Positions 45,339 to 54,096 of a stretch of 64,000 bases of DNA are shown here, piece by piece. Numbering within the stretch: position 1 is the stretch's first letter; every line of letters starts with the position of its first letter. The translations under genes were made by a program, and so were the position numbers. A model generated the notes under the pieces. The model saw only the letters and a program-made list of their open reading frames with translations. It had not been told where the DNA came from and ran no database searches. The DNA comes from a virus (Duplodnaviria > Heunggongvirae > Uroviricota > Caudoviricetes): IMG/VR virus record IMGVR_UViG_3300013121_000049, positions 16,253 to 80,252 of that record. The stretch is one strand, 5' to 3'.

Positions 45339-45795
45339 TTTCGTCGACGCCGTCGTCGTCAAGCTCAAGGCTTTGGGCAAGCTCATCCTCAACGGGCTGG
45401 AATTCATCGGCACCGACTTCACTGTCCGCATCCGCCGGGAGTCCATCACCATGATCAAGGATGGCCAGGAGACCTACCGCATCGCCGCCGACAACTCGAT
45501 CAACGGTGTCCCCTTCCCCGCGCTGACTATCGTCGTTCACGGCGACGTCAAGACGATGCGCTCCCTGGCGGGGTCCGTCTCTGTGAATGGATCGGTGGGG
45601 TCCGTTGAATCGGCCGGCGGCGACGTCTACTGCCACGCGGTCACCGGGAACGTCGAGTCCACGCAGGGGGGTATTACCTGCGGCGACGTAGCCGGCGACG
45701 TCACGACAATGCAGGGGGATGTCTCCTGCGTGTCTGTGAAGGGATCGGTATCCACTCAAATGGGCGACATCACTATCGGAGGTCGAAAGACATGA
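45325..45795 (+). CDS. Beta-solenoid (DUF4097/adhesin-like repeat) protein
   Basis: Repeats G[SD]V..V.S..G[DS]V (GSVSVNGSVGSVESAGGDVYCHAVTGNVESTQGG). Confidence 0.65.
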   Translation: MKPADFVDAVVVKLKALGKLILNGLEFIGTDFTVRIRRESITMIKDGQETYRIAADNSINGVPFPALTIVVHGDVKTMRSLAGSVSVNGSVGSVESAGGDVYCHAVTGNVESTQGGITCGDVAGDVTTMQGDVSCVSVKGSVSTQMGDITIGGRKT

Positions 45796-45971
45796 GATTC
45801 CTGTTCTTTTTCACCCTGTGGTGCACATTTCTCTGGGGGCTTGCCTGGTATGTCCACGAGGGCTTCCAGATGATCTGGGCGTACAACGGCGCCCTGGCGG
45901 TGCTGGCCGCACCCGTTCTCATCTGCTACGGAAGCTGGGTTTCCCGGCAAAAATGGGGAGGCGACTCATGA
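45792..45971 (+). CDS. Small two-TM membrane protein (59 aa, not in the ORF track)
   Basis: MRFLFFFTLWCTFLWGLAW...; ATGA coupling at both ends. Confidence 0.65.
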   Translation: MRFLFFFTLWCTFLWGLAWYVHEGFQMIWAYNGALAVLAAPVLICYGSWVSRQKWGGDS

Positions 45972-46291
45972 TCTGCCAAGACTGCCGCCAGCACATCGCC
46001 ATGCTGGAGACCGCCGAGATCACCGCGGAAGGCGTCCGCCACATCTACCGCTGCAAGTCCTGCCAGTCGGATTGGCGGGTGGACAACCCGGATGTCGTCG
46101 CCCAGGTCGAACCTATCGAGCCCGGCCTGATGTTCGCCAGCCTGCTGGTGGACCACTACGATGGCCTGCTTACCCCGATCATGGCCAGCGAAGCCATGAC
46201 CCTCTCCCGGACCTACGTGAGGGCCACCCGCGATGCGCACACTGCCGTTCGACGTCTGCCGCTGCTCCGCGGTGAATTGCCCCGTACGTGA
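45968..46291 (+). CDS. Zn-finger hypothetical protein
   Basis: CQDC...CKSC. Confidence 0.6.
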   Translation: MICQDCRQHIAMLETAEITAEGVRHIYRCKSCQSDWRVDNPDVVAQVEPIEPGLMFASLLVDHYDGLLTPIMASEAMTLSRTYVRATRDAHTAVRRLPLLRGELPRT

Positions 46292-46433
46292 CCACTGCCT
46301 GCGCTACGTCCAGCGCGACGTGCGCGGCCCGCGTACTCCCATCAACGACTTCTCCGGGCTGCCCGGCCTGGAGATCATTCAGCCGGCTGACTGCAACCAA
46401 TTCGAGGATATCCATGGACAATCTCATCGATGA
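46233..46433 (+). CDS. Small Cys-rich phage protein
   Basis: DVCRC...CPVRDHCLRY. Confidence 0.55.
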   Translation: MRTLPFDVCRCSAVNCPVRDHCLRYVQRDVRGPRTPINDFSGLPGLEIIQPADCNQFEDIHGQSHR

Positions 46434-46731
46434 CCTCCGCGCCTACGCTGACCGCCTCGATGCGGAAGCCCAGACCATGGACGGCGTGGGTTTGGACGCC
46501 CCGTTGCGTGCGGAGGCCGACCTCGTGCGCCGCGCCATTCAGGCCATCGAGACCCTCAGCAACTCCCATTTTGAACGGGGCTTCGTGCGCGCCCCCAATC
46601 ACGTCGATGTCTTGAAGTCCAATCACTTCAGGCAGGCCATGGCTGACCTTACGTCACGCCGGGCCTACACCAAGGGGGAGTGCGCCATGTTGATCGCGGA
46701 GGCCCGGTATGCCCTGCACAATGAAGGATGA
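46414..46731 (+). CDS. Hypothetical protein
   Basis: GAGG RBS; MDNLIDDLRAY. Confidence 0.65.
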   Translation: MDNLIDDLRAYADRLDAEAQTMDGVGLDAPLRAEADLVRRAIQAIETLSNSHFERGFVRAPNHVDVLKSNHFRQAMADLTSRRAYTKGECAMLIAEARYALHNEG

Positions 46732-47329
46732 CGCTGTCCGCCGGGGACGATTCGCCGCCTATGCCAAGAAGAAGGGCCGGGACCCGGAGCAGCTCTTCCG
46801 GGAGATGGCGCAAACCATGACGGACGAGCAGATCGGCGACGCGGCGTGCATCTCCTCCTCCTGGGCGCAAAAGCTGCGCTGGAAGCTGGGAATTCGCCGC
46901 GCCGATACTGCGCTGTCCCGCAACGCGCTGATATCCGAAGCGGCGCAGCGTCAGATTCCCCTGCGGAAGTTCCTGGTCGACCTGGCCAAGAAGCACGGCA
47001 GCGGCCGGGATATTTGCAAGGTCAAGCACATCGACGTCTCCGTGCTGCTCTACGCCCAGCGCAAGGCCAACGTCTGCCTGGATCCGCGCTGGTACATTCA
47101 GGGAGAAGACGGCTTCTGGCTGGAGCCGCGCCACGTCTTGCCCGGCCTGCGCGCCGCCGGCCTGAAGCTCCCCACCCACGCGGCCATCGCCGGTCGCGCC
47201 CACTGGCGGAAGATTTCCCTGGCCCAAATGGTGGCGGTCCTCGCCGCCGAGCAGGGGGTGGAGCTGACAGTCGCCCCGGGGATAGGCCTCGATCTGGACA
47301 AGGTCGGTCACCGCCGATCCTTGGTATAA
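46721..47329 (+). CDS. Putative HTH DNA-binding protein
   Basis: MTDEQIGDAACISSSWAQKLRWKLGI HTH-like motif. Confidence 0.55.
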   Translation: MKDDAVRRGRFAAYAKKKGRDPEQLFREMAQTMTDEQIGDAACISSSWAQKLRWKLGIRRADTALSRNALISEAAQRQIPLRKFLVDLAKKHGSGRDICKVKHIDVSVLLYAQRKANVCLDPRWYIQGEDGFWLEPRHVLPGLRAAGLKLPTHAAIAGRAHWRKISLAQMVAVLAAEQGVELTVAPGIGLDLDKVGHRRSLV

Positions 47330-47330
47330 G
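47323..47330 (+). promoter_or_regulatory. GGTATAAG promoter motif (extended -10, TG-G-TATAAG)
   Basis: Overlaps the upstream stop codon. Confidence 0.7.
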
Positions 47331-47378
47331 CACTATGCCGGCGCCATGCCCGGTCACAACACATCAGGGGAAATACCC

Positions 47379-47471
47379 ATGGATAGAATCCATATCGGTC
47401 ACTTCATCGCCGCCATGAAAATCGTGGCGGTCTTCTTCGTCCGCTGGCTGACGCCGAAGCTCTGGAGCTGA
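47379..47471 (+). CDS. 30-aa hydrophobic peptide (not in the ORF track)
   Basis: MDRIHIGHFIAAMKIVAVFFVRWLTPKLWS; AGGGG RBS; bracketed by a promoter and a terminator. Confidence 0.6.
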   Translation: MDRIHIGHFIAAMKIVAVFFVRWLTPKLWS

Positions 47472-47486
47472 CCGACCCCTCGTTTC

Positions 47487-47506
47487 GGCCCGTTCGCGGG
47501 CCTTTT
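47487..47506 (+). terminator. Rho-independent terminator
   Basis: GGCCCG-TTCG-CGGGCC-TTTT. Confidence 0.75.
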
Positions 47507-47530
47507 CAGCAGGATAAGCACCCCGGAGTT

Positions 47531-47559
47531 TCAACAAAATCCGGGCCGATTGGTATAAG
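47531..47559 (+). promoter_or_regulatory. Promoter TCAA-N13-GATTGGTATAAG
   Basis: Fourth copy of the extended architecture. Confidence 0.8.
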
Positions 47560-47621
47560 GAACGTACAGGAGACGAGATAACTCGTATTCCTATTTCCCA
47601 CCAGAAAAGGTATTGAACACC

Positions 47622-48308
47622 ATGAACACTCAATCCAATGCTGTGCCGGCCACCGTCGACAACGTCATCGCCTTCCCGGGCGAGAAGAAACCCACCTTCC
47701 TGGGTGTCGAGCAAGACACCTGGTACGGCGCCGGCAAGTTGGCCGGGGCGGCGGCCGTGGGGGCGGGCGCCCTCTACGGCTACCAATGGCTGACCTCGCC
47801 CAGCGAGGACGATGAGGCCGCTGCGGCCGCGGCCGCCAAGGCGGAATTCGACCGCCTCCATGCGGCGATCAAGGAGAGCGGTGACTCGCTCTCCACGCAG
47901 ATCGGTGGCTTGGCGAGCCGCCTCGACGCCATGGACGGCCGGGTGGCCAAGGTGGAGGGGGCCGTTGGCAACCTCCACCACCGCATCCAGGCGCTGGAGG
48001 CGGCCAAGCCGGCCGCCCCGGCGTTTGACGTCGGGCAGCTGATGGAGGCGCTGGAGGCGGCCAAGCCGGCCGCCCCGGCGTTTGACGTCGGGCAGCTGAT
48101 GGAGGCGCTGCCGGCCACCGTCGCCGGCATCGCGGCGGCGGTGCAGAACGCGGTCCAGCCGCTGGCCGCCGCGCCGGTGGCTGAAGCGCCCACCGCCGCG
48201 CCGGTGGCTGAGACCCCGACCCCGGCCGCTCCGGTCGCCGCTGCCCCGGCGGTGGAAACCCTCCACCGTCCGCAACCCGCGGCTGTCAAGCCGCAGGGCA
48301 AGCGCTGA
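47622..48308 (+). CDS. Membrane-anchored coiled-coil protein with 19-aa duplication and Ala/Pro tail
   Basis: Hydrophobic GAAAVGAGALYGYQWL; repeat EAAKPAAPAFDVGQLMEAL twice. Confidence 0.75.
   Translation: MNTQSNAVPATVDNVIAFPGEKKPTFLGVEQDTWYGAGKLAGAAAVGAGALYGYQWLTSPSEDDEAAAAAAAKAEFDRLHAAIKESGDSLSTQIGGLASRLDAMDGRVAKVEGAVGNLHHRIQALEAAKPAAPAFDVGQLMEALEAAKPAAPAFDVGQLMEALPATVAGIAAAVQNAVQPLAAAPVAEAPTAAPVAETPTPAAPVAAAPAVETLHRPQPAAVKPQGKR
47989..48110 (+). repeat. Exact 57-bp tandem duplication
   Basis: Units start at 47990 and 48047. Confidence 0.9.
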
Positions 48309-48345
48309 CTCCAACGCCGCCCGCTGCCGGGCGGCACAACCCCAC

Positions 48346-48369
48346 AAGCCCGGCAACGGGCTTTTCTTT
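48346..48369 (+). terminator. Terminator at the convergence of the early and late blocks
   Basis: AAGCCCG-GCAA-CGGGCTT-TTCTTT. Confidence 0.8.
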
Positions 48370-48377
48370 AGCCGGAA

Positions 48378-49439
48378 TTAGGCAGGGCCGCTGGTGTTGC
48401 TGCCGCCCGGGGTGACGCCGCCGTGGACGTGGGTGAGCAGGTGGACGGTCTGGGCGATGATGTCCACCGGAGCATTGGCGTTGGCCGCCGTCAGGCTGTT
48501 AGCCGTGAAGACGAAGGTCGTTTCGCCGATGGTCAGCGTGGCCTTGTCGGCCTCCAGCTTCCAGGACAGGGTAGGTGCGTTGTCCGGGCCGATGGTCAGC
48601 GTGGCCTTGTCGGCCTCCAGCTTCCAGGACAGGGTAGGTGCGTTGTCCGGGCCGATCGCGACTTCATAGTGGTCAGTCGTCGTAGTGACCTTCACGGCGC
48701 CCGTCGTCTCGATCTCGGTGCCGTTGGCGTTGAGCGTCCGCGAATAGGGGCCGACGTCCTGCCGGTAGCGGATGCCGTCGTCATCTCCAGCCGGAACGAC
48801 GCCGTGCTGCCAGTCGAACTTGTTGGCCAGCGCCGACCGGACATCCCCGGACGCCTCGGAGTAGGACGGCAGGTTGCCGCGCATATCCGCTGCCGACTTA
48901 TATGTCTCGACGTACCGGTAGGCTTGCGTGCCGCAGCCCGCCTGCACCTCCCGGCCGGCATCCGAATACTGCTCCCAGCGGCGGCTCACCATCCGGATAT
49001 AGGCTCCCAGGCGGGAGAAGACGGCCGTGCTCAGCGCACCGGCCCGGACAATCACGCTGCCGCCCAGCAGGGTCGCCACGAGGCCGCGCATGCCGCCGCC
49101 CAGGACTTCATCGCCCGGCAGGGAGTCCGCCGGGGTCTGCACGGTGCTCCGGGCATTCCCGGATTGGTCTGATGCGGCCCCGTACCGATCGACGGACTCC
49201 ACGACGCCGGTGCCCAGGGTGTTCGACGGGAAGACCGGTGAGGATGCCGCGTAGTCGATGCGGTTGATGATGTACCAGGTGCCGTCGATCTGGACGGCCA
49301 GGCAGCGGTCGCGCGGCGCGGGGATGCCGACCTCGACAGTCCACCGGACGTTGGTCAGCGGGCTGCGATCGAACTCCCGCATGCACTTGGCGGTGCGGGA
49401 GTCCAGATTCACGGAAGAGACGACCAGGATGGCCTGCAT
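48378..49439 (-). CDS. Baseplate central spike (gpV/gp5-like)
   Basis: N-terminal OB-like segment, beta-helix repeats and C-terminal metal-binding tip HLLTHVHGGVTPGGSNTSGPA. Confidence 0.8.
   Translation of the reverse strand: MQAILVVSSVNLDSRTAKCMREFDRSPLTNVRWTVEVGIPAPRDRCLAVQIDGTWYIINRIDYAASSPVFPSNTLGTGVVESVDRYGAASDQSGNARSTVQTPADSLPGDEVLGGGMRGLVATLLGGSVIVRAGALSTAVFSRLGAYIRMVSRRWEQYSDAGREVQAGCGTQAYRYVETYKSAADMRGNLPSYSEASGDVRSALANKFDWQHGVVPAGDDDGIRYRQDVGPYSRTLNANGTEIETTGAVKVTTTTDHYEVAIGPDNAPTLSWKLEADKATLTIGPDNAPTLSWKLEADKATLTIGETTFVFTANSLTAANANAPVDIIAQTVHLLTHVHGGVTPGGSNTSGPA
48525..48656 (-). repeat. Exact 63-bp tandem duplication in the spike beta-helix
   Basis: IGPDNAPTLSWKLEADKATLT twice; units start at 48525 and 48588. 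Confidence 0.9.
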
Positions 49440-49444
49440 GAGGG

Positions 49445-50164
49445 TTACAGGTCGACGGGGATCACGCGGTCGAACGCGCAGGACAGGCTCTCGACCATGG
49501 TCGGCTGGGTGGCGCCCCAGGCCAGGTCGAGGCTGGAGAACATGACGTACTCCAGGTAGACCGCGCACAGCACACGACCGTTGATGGCATCGCCGTCACC
49601 GTTGCCGCGACTCTTGAACAGCACCATCAAGCCGAAGGGCACGTTGGTCAGCTCGCTGTCCAGGCTCAGCCAGATGTTGCCGTTGGTGCTGCGCGACGCC
49701 GCCGGTGAGGAGATGTTGCCCTCGTTGGAGTTGTCGCCGCCGTACACGTAGATACCGGCTTCGGTCATCTTGGCGCGGGCCTGCTGCGACAGGACGTTCA
49801 TCAGGCTGGGCGTATCGGCGATCAGCTTCTGGAGGCCCAGGCTGCAGGCCGTCTTGCCGCGCGTGAAGAACGACCGGTTGCTGCCGATTTCGTAGAGCTG
49901 CGCCAGCTGGGCGTTCTGGCCGAAGCTGACGCTCTGCGTGAGCCCGATCGGCGTCAGGGACGCCTCGGTGGCCGCGCCCTGGAAGCGGGGCGGGCCGGCG
50001 AACAGCGCCGTGCTGTCGGGCGTCGCCGACAGCAGGCCGAACCGTTCGAGGCCAAACTCCGTTCCGTCCTTGCCCAGGCCCTGGGTATAGGAGTTCTTCC
50101 ACTCCCATCCCGGATCGTAGGAGTTGGAGCCGGTGCCCAGGCCGCTCGTGTCGTTATTGGCCAT
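49445..50164 (-). CDS. Tail tube protein
   Basis: Directly after the sheath gene; PIGLTQSVSFGQNAQLAQLYEIGS motif. Confidence 0.75.
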   Translation of the reverse strand: MANNDTSGLGTGSNSYDPGWEWKNSYTQGLGKDGTEFGLERFGLLSATPDSTALFAGPPRFQGAATEASLTPIGLTQSVSFGQNAQLAQLYEIGSNRSFFTRGKTACSLGLQKLIADTPSLMNVLSQQARAKMTEAGIYVYGGDNSNEGNISSPAASRSTNGNIWLSLDSELTNVPFGLMVLFKSRGNGDGDAINGRVLCAVYLEYVMFSSLDLAWGATQPTMVESLSCAFDRVIPVDL

Positions 50165-50166
50165 GA

Positions 50167-53100
50167 TCAGACCTCCAGGATGATGTCGATGTAGTTAGCG
50201 GGATCCACGATCGCCACACGCAGGTGACAGGTCACCCGATCAGCGTTCAGGGTGCTCTGCGCCAGCGTGACGATCTTCAGGTCAAGCAGCGGCGCTCCAA
50301 TCTGGTCCACGCTCTGCGCCTTGAGCTGCGCGGCCTTGCCCATGATGAGCGTGCGCGCCGCCGTGAACAGACCCGGCGTGATGTTCCATTTGCCGACGAA
50401 CGGATCCAGCAAACGCAGGAACGTGTACGACAGGAAGTCCAGGTTGCGGGTCTTCATCTGCTCCTGGTAGAACAGCGCGGTCACGTCCGTGGTCAGGGCG
50501 TGCGAGATGAACGGGATGCCCTGCGGAACCTTCTGCACGGCGAACATGATGCCGGCCGACGCCATGTCGCGCATCTGGGCACGCGAGAAGTACAGGTTGC
50601 TGTGACGCAGGTCGGTGATCGCCGCCGTCGCCATCCGCGTGAAGTTCTGCTGCGGACGGCTGCCCGCCAGGATACCGGCGTGCTCGGCGGCGAAGTACGT
50701 GCCGTCGACCAGCGTCGGCGTACCGGCCACCTGGATCTCGATGACGTCCGGCTGGGCGTGCACGATGCGGCGGGTTTTCAGCGTCGTGCTGATCGACTTC
50801 AGGTACTGCACCACGTAGTCCTTGGTGGCTTCCCGGAAGCAGTAGTACGGGATGAAGCTCGACGAGCTCTGCGGCACGACGTTGGTCGGCCGGTTGTTGG
50901 TGTCCTGGTAGTAGGCCTTCGGATACGTGCCGCCGATCGGCTTCAGCACCAAAGTATGCGAGTCCACCAGAGAGTCGACCTGCCAGGAGCCGATGAAGCT
51001 CGACGCATGCGTGCCGCTCGGCAAGGTCTGGGCGCCGTCCACCCGGAAGTTCGGGATGACCACGAGGTCGCCGGCCTTCACGCCCGCCGCCAGGAAGTCC
51101 TTGGTGGTGTCGATCAGGTGGGTGACGTAGCTGGTCGAATTGTACTGGGGCACGCCGACGCCGTTCGGAGTAGCGATCTGGTAGAGGCTGGCCGCCGCCA
51201 GGGTGTCCACGCGGTCGCCGCCCGACAGGAACTGCTTGGTCGGATGGGCGATGTTGAACACGCCGGTGCGCCAGGCGTTTTCCAGATTGGTCGACATCAC
51301 GGCAATGTGGGTACCGTAGGATGTGATGGTGGCAATGTCCCGGGTCAGCGGCGCCATGCAGTGGATATCGTCGCGGCGCTCCAGGTACTCCATGGCGCCC
51401 ATGTGCGCTTTCAGGGTGTTACCGACGGTGGCGTACGCCTTGATCGGCACGCCGCCGGAGGCGGCCAGCGCCATCATCAGGCCCAGACCGAGCGGATTGT
51501 CCGGGGTCTGCTCACCGATGGTGGACGCCACTTCCGCCAGCGAGCCCACGCTCAGCAGCTGATCGGCCAAGTCCGTCCGCAGGGCGCGATAGCCCAGGAA
51601 GATGGCTTCGGCAAAGCGGACCACCGACAGGTTCCAGTCAGACGGCAGCGGCAGCTGGTTGATCTCGCCGTACAGCACGGTGACGCCGTTCGACCCGCTG
51701 CGCGGCGCGCTCTTGAAGTTGGCCGGCAGGGTGACGTAGCCCAGGTCCTGGGCGTGCACGGTGTCCAGGAAGTTGGAAGACAACGTCAGCTTGTTCTGAC
51801 CGTCCGCCGGGTTGGTGTAGACGTCGGCTTCACGCTGAATCACACCATGCTCGTCCTGGAAGTAAATCCACGGCATGTTTTCGTCGGACGGCGTCTGGTC
51901 GAGCGGGATGCTCAACGTCGGGTGCACCCGGTAGATGTCGAAGTCCACCATGCGGTTTTCCACCGCTGCCGGGTTGAAGTGCGCCGGCAGGGCGTTGTAC
52001 ACCGTATAGCCGTTGGTCAACACGTAGGAGTGGGCGCCCTGGGTGTAATCCAGGCTGGCCGGAGTCCCCGGGGTCGTCAACACCTGGTAAGCATCCGGCA
52101 GCAGGCGACCGGACGTCTGCAGGGTCCAGATGCCGGACTCGGACTTCTGGGCGTCGCGCAGGGCCGTGGTGTACGTGCGGGGGGCGGCGTCAATCGTGAA
52201 GCTGCCGTCCAGAGCAACCGCCGTAACTTCGATGCCCGTAATGGTCTCCGCAGCGACAGCCCAACCCGCAGATCCCGTCGGCGGAGAAGCCAATGCGATC
52301 AGGCCGGTCACGTTTTCCAGGGGGGACCCCGGTTCGGCATTGATGACGTGGTAGTAGTCCCCCGCCTGTACCGCACCGCCCACACCGGAGCCGCCCGTAT
52401 GCGGGTAGTCGGAATTGATGGCAAGGCCTGCGTCAAAGCTGCCTCGCGCGCTGACGGCAATCGTCAACAGGATCCACTTGGACGCGGTCTGGCCGGGGGC
52501 ATTGACCTTGGCGATGGCGACGGTGGCGCCGTGCAGGGGATGGGCGGAGTGAGACGGACCGTCGTTCACCACGGTAAACCAGTCGCCAGCCACGATGGCG
52601 CCGCCTACTCCGGAACCTTGGCCGGCGGCGGGGAAACCCGTATTGCCGGGCGCGTTCAGGTCGTAAGCATGGGGGCCGTTGATCAGGCCGATGGATGTCG
52701 TCGCCCACTGATCCGGCTGGCTGGCGCCGTTGACCAGAGCATACACACCGCCCTTGCCGTAGAGGGGGGACAGGGAAGTCGCGTTGATCACGTTGAAGAA
52801 GTCACCGGCCACGATGGCGCCGCCCAAGCCTGATCCGCCGGACGTCGGGTAGCCGTCCTGAGCGCCGGCGTCGAAGTTACCGCGATCGTTGACCGTTCCG
52901 GAGAAGCCTTCAGCGGTCGGCGTGGTGCTGACCTTGAGGGTGACGTTGACCTTGGCCTTGGCGTACAGGGCCGAGTACTTCACGATGTCGCCGACCAGCG
53001 TGCTGGGGGCGCCGTCGTACCCGTTGGCATCCAGGGCGTAAGCGTATTTCAGGGACGGGTCCCAGGTGGTGGCTTCCCAGTTGGCCGCAGTGGACCCCGG

Positions 53101-54084
53101 GTTGTCGACCAGGGCAATCAGGCCCTTGGCGGTATCGAAGGGCGCAACCGTGCCTTGCGGATGGATCTTCCAGCAGTCACCGGCGCGGATGCTGATGTTG
53201 CCACCGTAGTCGATGCCGGAGCCGGATCCCGCCAGGGGATAAGTGTTGGCGGTCGCGTCGAACACGCCGCGATAGTCACTGCCTTTGGCGACGACCGTGA
53301 TGGTCTCCCAGTTGGCGTCGGTGGACCCCGGGTTGTCGACCAGGGCAATCAAGGAGACCGCCACGGTGAACGGAGCCACGGTGCCCTGCACGGTCACTCG
53401 CCAGTAGTCGCCGGTCTTGATGGCGCCGGCCAAGCCGGAGCCGCCGGTAGTCGGGTAAGCGTTGCCGCTGGCGTTATAAGTGCCACGATCGGACAGGCCG
53501 AGCTGGGTCACGGAACCGCTGTTGCGCGTGAACACCGGATCCACTTGGGTAGCCGGGTTGGCTTCGATCCAGCTGGACGTCATGGGGATCGGCTGGCCCT
53601 GCACGGTCAGCGGAAGGAAGCCTGCCAGGGGATTGTTCAGCAGGCCGCTCTGGTCGACGACGTTGCCCGGGATGGTGCTGAGGACGTCGGGATCCACGCC
53701 GGTCGCCACGACGACATTCTGGCGGACCTGGGCGTTGACCATGGTCAGCTCGAACTCGCCGTTCTGGTACTCCTGGCCGGCAAACGTCGCCGGGATCACG
53801 AACTGGAAGTGGCCGGGCTCGGGATCGGTTTCGCCCTGCGCGGTCGTGCTCTGCGGGATGTGGTCCTCGAACGTGAAGCCGCCTGCGGAGGAGCGGTACT
53901 CCACGGGGGCGTTCGGATCGGTGATGGCGGCGATCTGCTCGACCAGGCTACGCGCGGTGCCCGCATGGACCACGTTGAACGCCGGGCCAATGATCACGGA
54001 ATTGAGGTCGGCGTCCGTGCTGGACGCGCCGCCCGCGGTCGTCACGACCTGGGTTACATTGGCGGAAGGTTCGATGTAAGACAT
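50167..54084 (-). CDS. Tail sheath protein with inserted repeat domains
   Basis: N-terminal YIEPSANVTQV..IIGP; C-terminal NLDFLS...GKWNIT...PANYIDIILEV; 1305 aa. Confidence 0.85.
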   Translation of the reverse strand: MSYIEPSANVTQVVTTAGGASSTDADLNSVIIGPAFNVVHAGTARSLVEQIAAITDPNAPVEYRSSAGGFTFEDHIPQSTTAQGETDPEPGHFQFVIPATFAGQEYQNGEFELTMVNAQVRQNVVVATGVDPDVLSTIPGNVVDQSGLLNNPLAGFLPLTVQGQPIPMTSSWIEANPATQVDPVFTRNSGSVTQLGLSDRGTYNASGNAYPTTGGSGLAGAIKTGDYWRVTVQGTVAPFTVAVSLIALVDNPGSTDANWETITVVAKGSDYRGVFDATANTYPLAGSGSGIDYGGNISIRAGDCWKIHPQGTVAPFDTAKGLIALVDNPGSTAANWEATTWDPSLKYAYALDANGYDGAPSTLVGDIVKYSALYAKAKVNVTLKVSTTPTAEGFSGTVNDRGNFDAGAQDGYPTSGGSGLGGAIVAGDFFNVINATSLSPLYGKGGVYALVNGASQPDQWATTSIGLINGPHAYDLNAPGNTGFPAAGQGSGVGGAIVAGDWFTVVNDGPSHSAHPLHGATVAIAKVNAPGQTASKWILLTIAVSARGSFDAGLAINSDYPHTGGSGVGGAVQAGDYYHVINAEPGSPLENVTGLIALASPPTGSAGWAVAAETITGIEVTAVALDGSFTIDAAPRTYTTALRDAQKSESGIWTLQTSGRLLPDAYQVLTTPGTPASLDYTQGAHSYVLTNGYTVYNALPAHFNPAAVENRMVDFDIYRVHPTLSIPLDQTPSDENMPWIYFQDEHGVIQREADVYTNPADGQNKLTLSSNFLDTVHAQDLGYVTLPANFKSAPRSGSNGVTVLYGEINQLPLPSDWNLSVVRFAEAIFLGYRALRTDLADQLLSVGSLAEVASTIGEQTPDNPLGLGLMMALAASGGVPIKAYATVGNTLKAHMGAMEYLERRDDIHCMAPLTRDIATITSYGTHIAVMSTNLENAWRTGVFNIAHPTKQFLSGGDRVDTLAAASLYQIATPNGVGVPQYNSTSYVTHLIDTTKDFLAAGVKAGDLVVIPNFRVDGAQTLPSGTHASSFIGSWQVDSLVDSHTLVLKPIGGTYPKAYYQDTNNRPTNVVPQSSSSFIPYYCFREATKDYVVQYLKSISTTLKTRRIVHAQPDVIEIQVAGTPTLVDGTYFAAEHAGILAGSRPQQNFTRMATAAITDLRHSNLYFSRAQMRDMASAGIMFAVQKVPQGIPFISHALTTDVTALFYQEQMKTRNLDFLSYTFLRLLDPFVGKWNITPGLFTAARTLIMGKAAQLKAQSVDQIGAPLLDLKIVTLAQSTLNADRVTCHLRVAIVDPANYIDIILEV
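52255..53490 (-). repeat. Five ~65-aa repeats (RG.[FY]DA...YP..G.GSG..GAI.AGD.[WF].V...W) inside the sheath
   Basis: Visible in translation; a 31-bp DNA repeat at 53090-53120 and 53321-53351. Confidence 0.8.
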
Positions 54085-54096
54085 GGGTCTTCCTCG

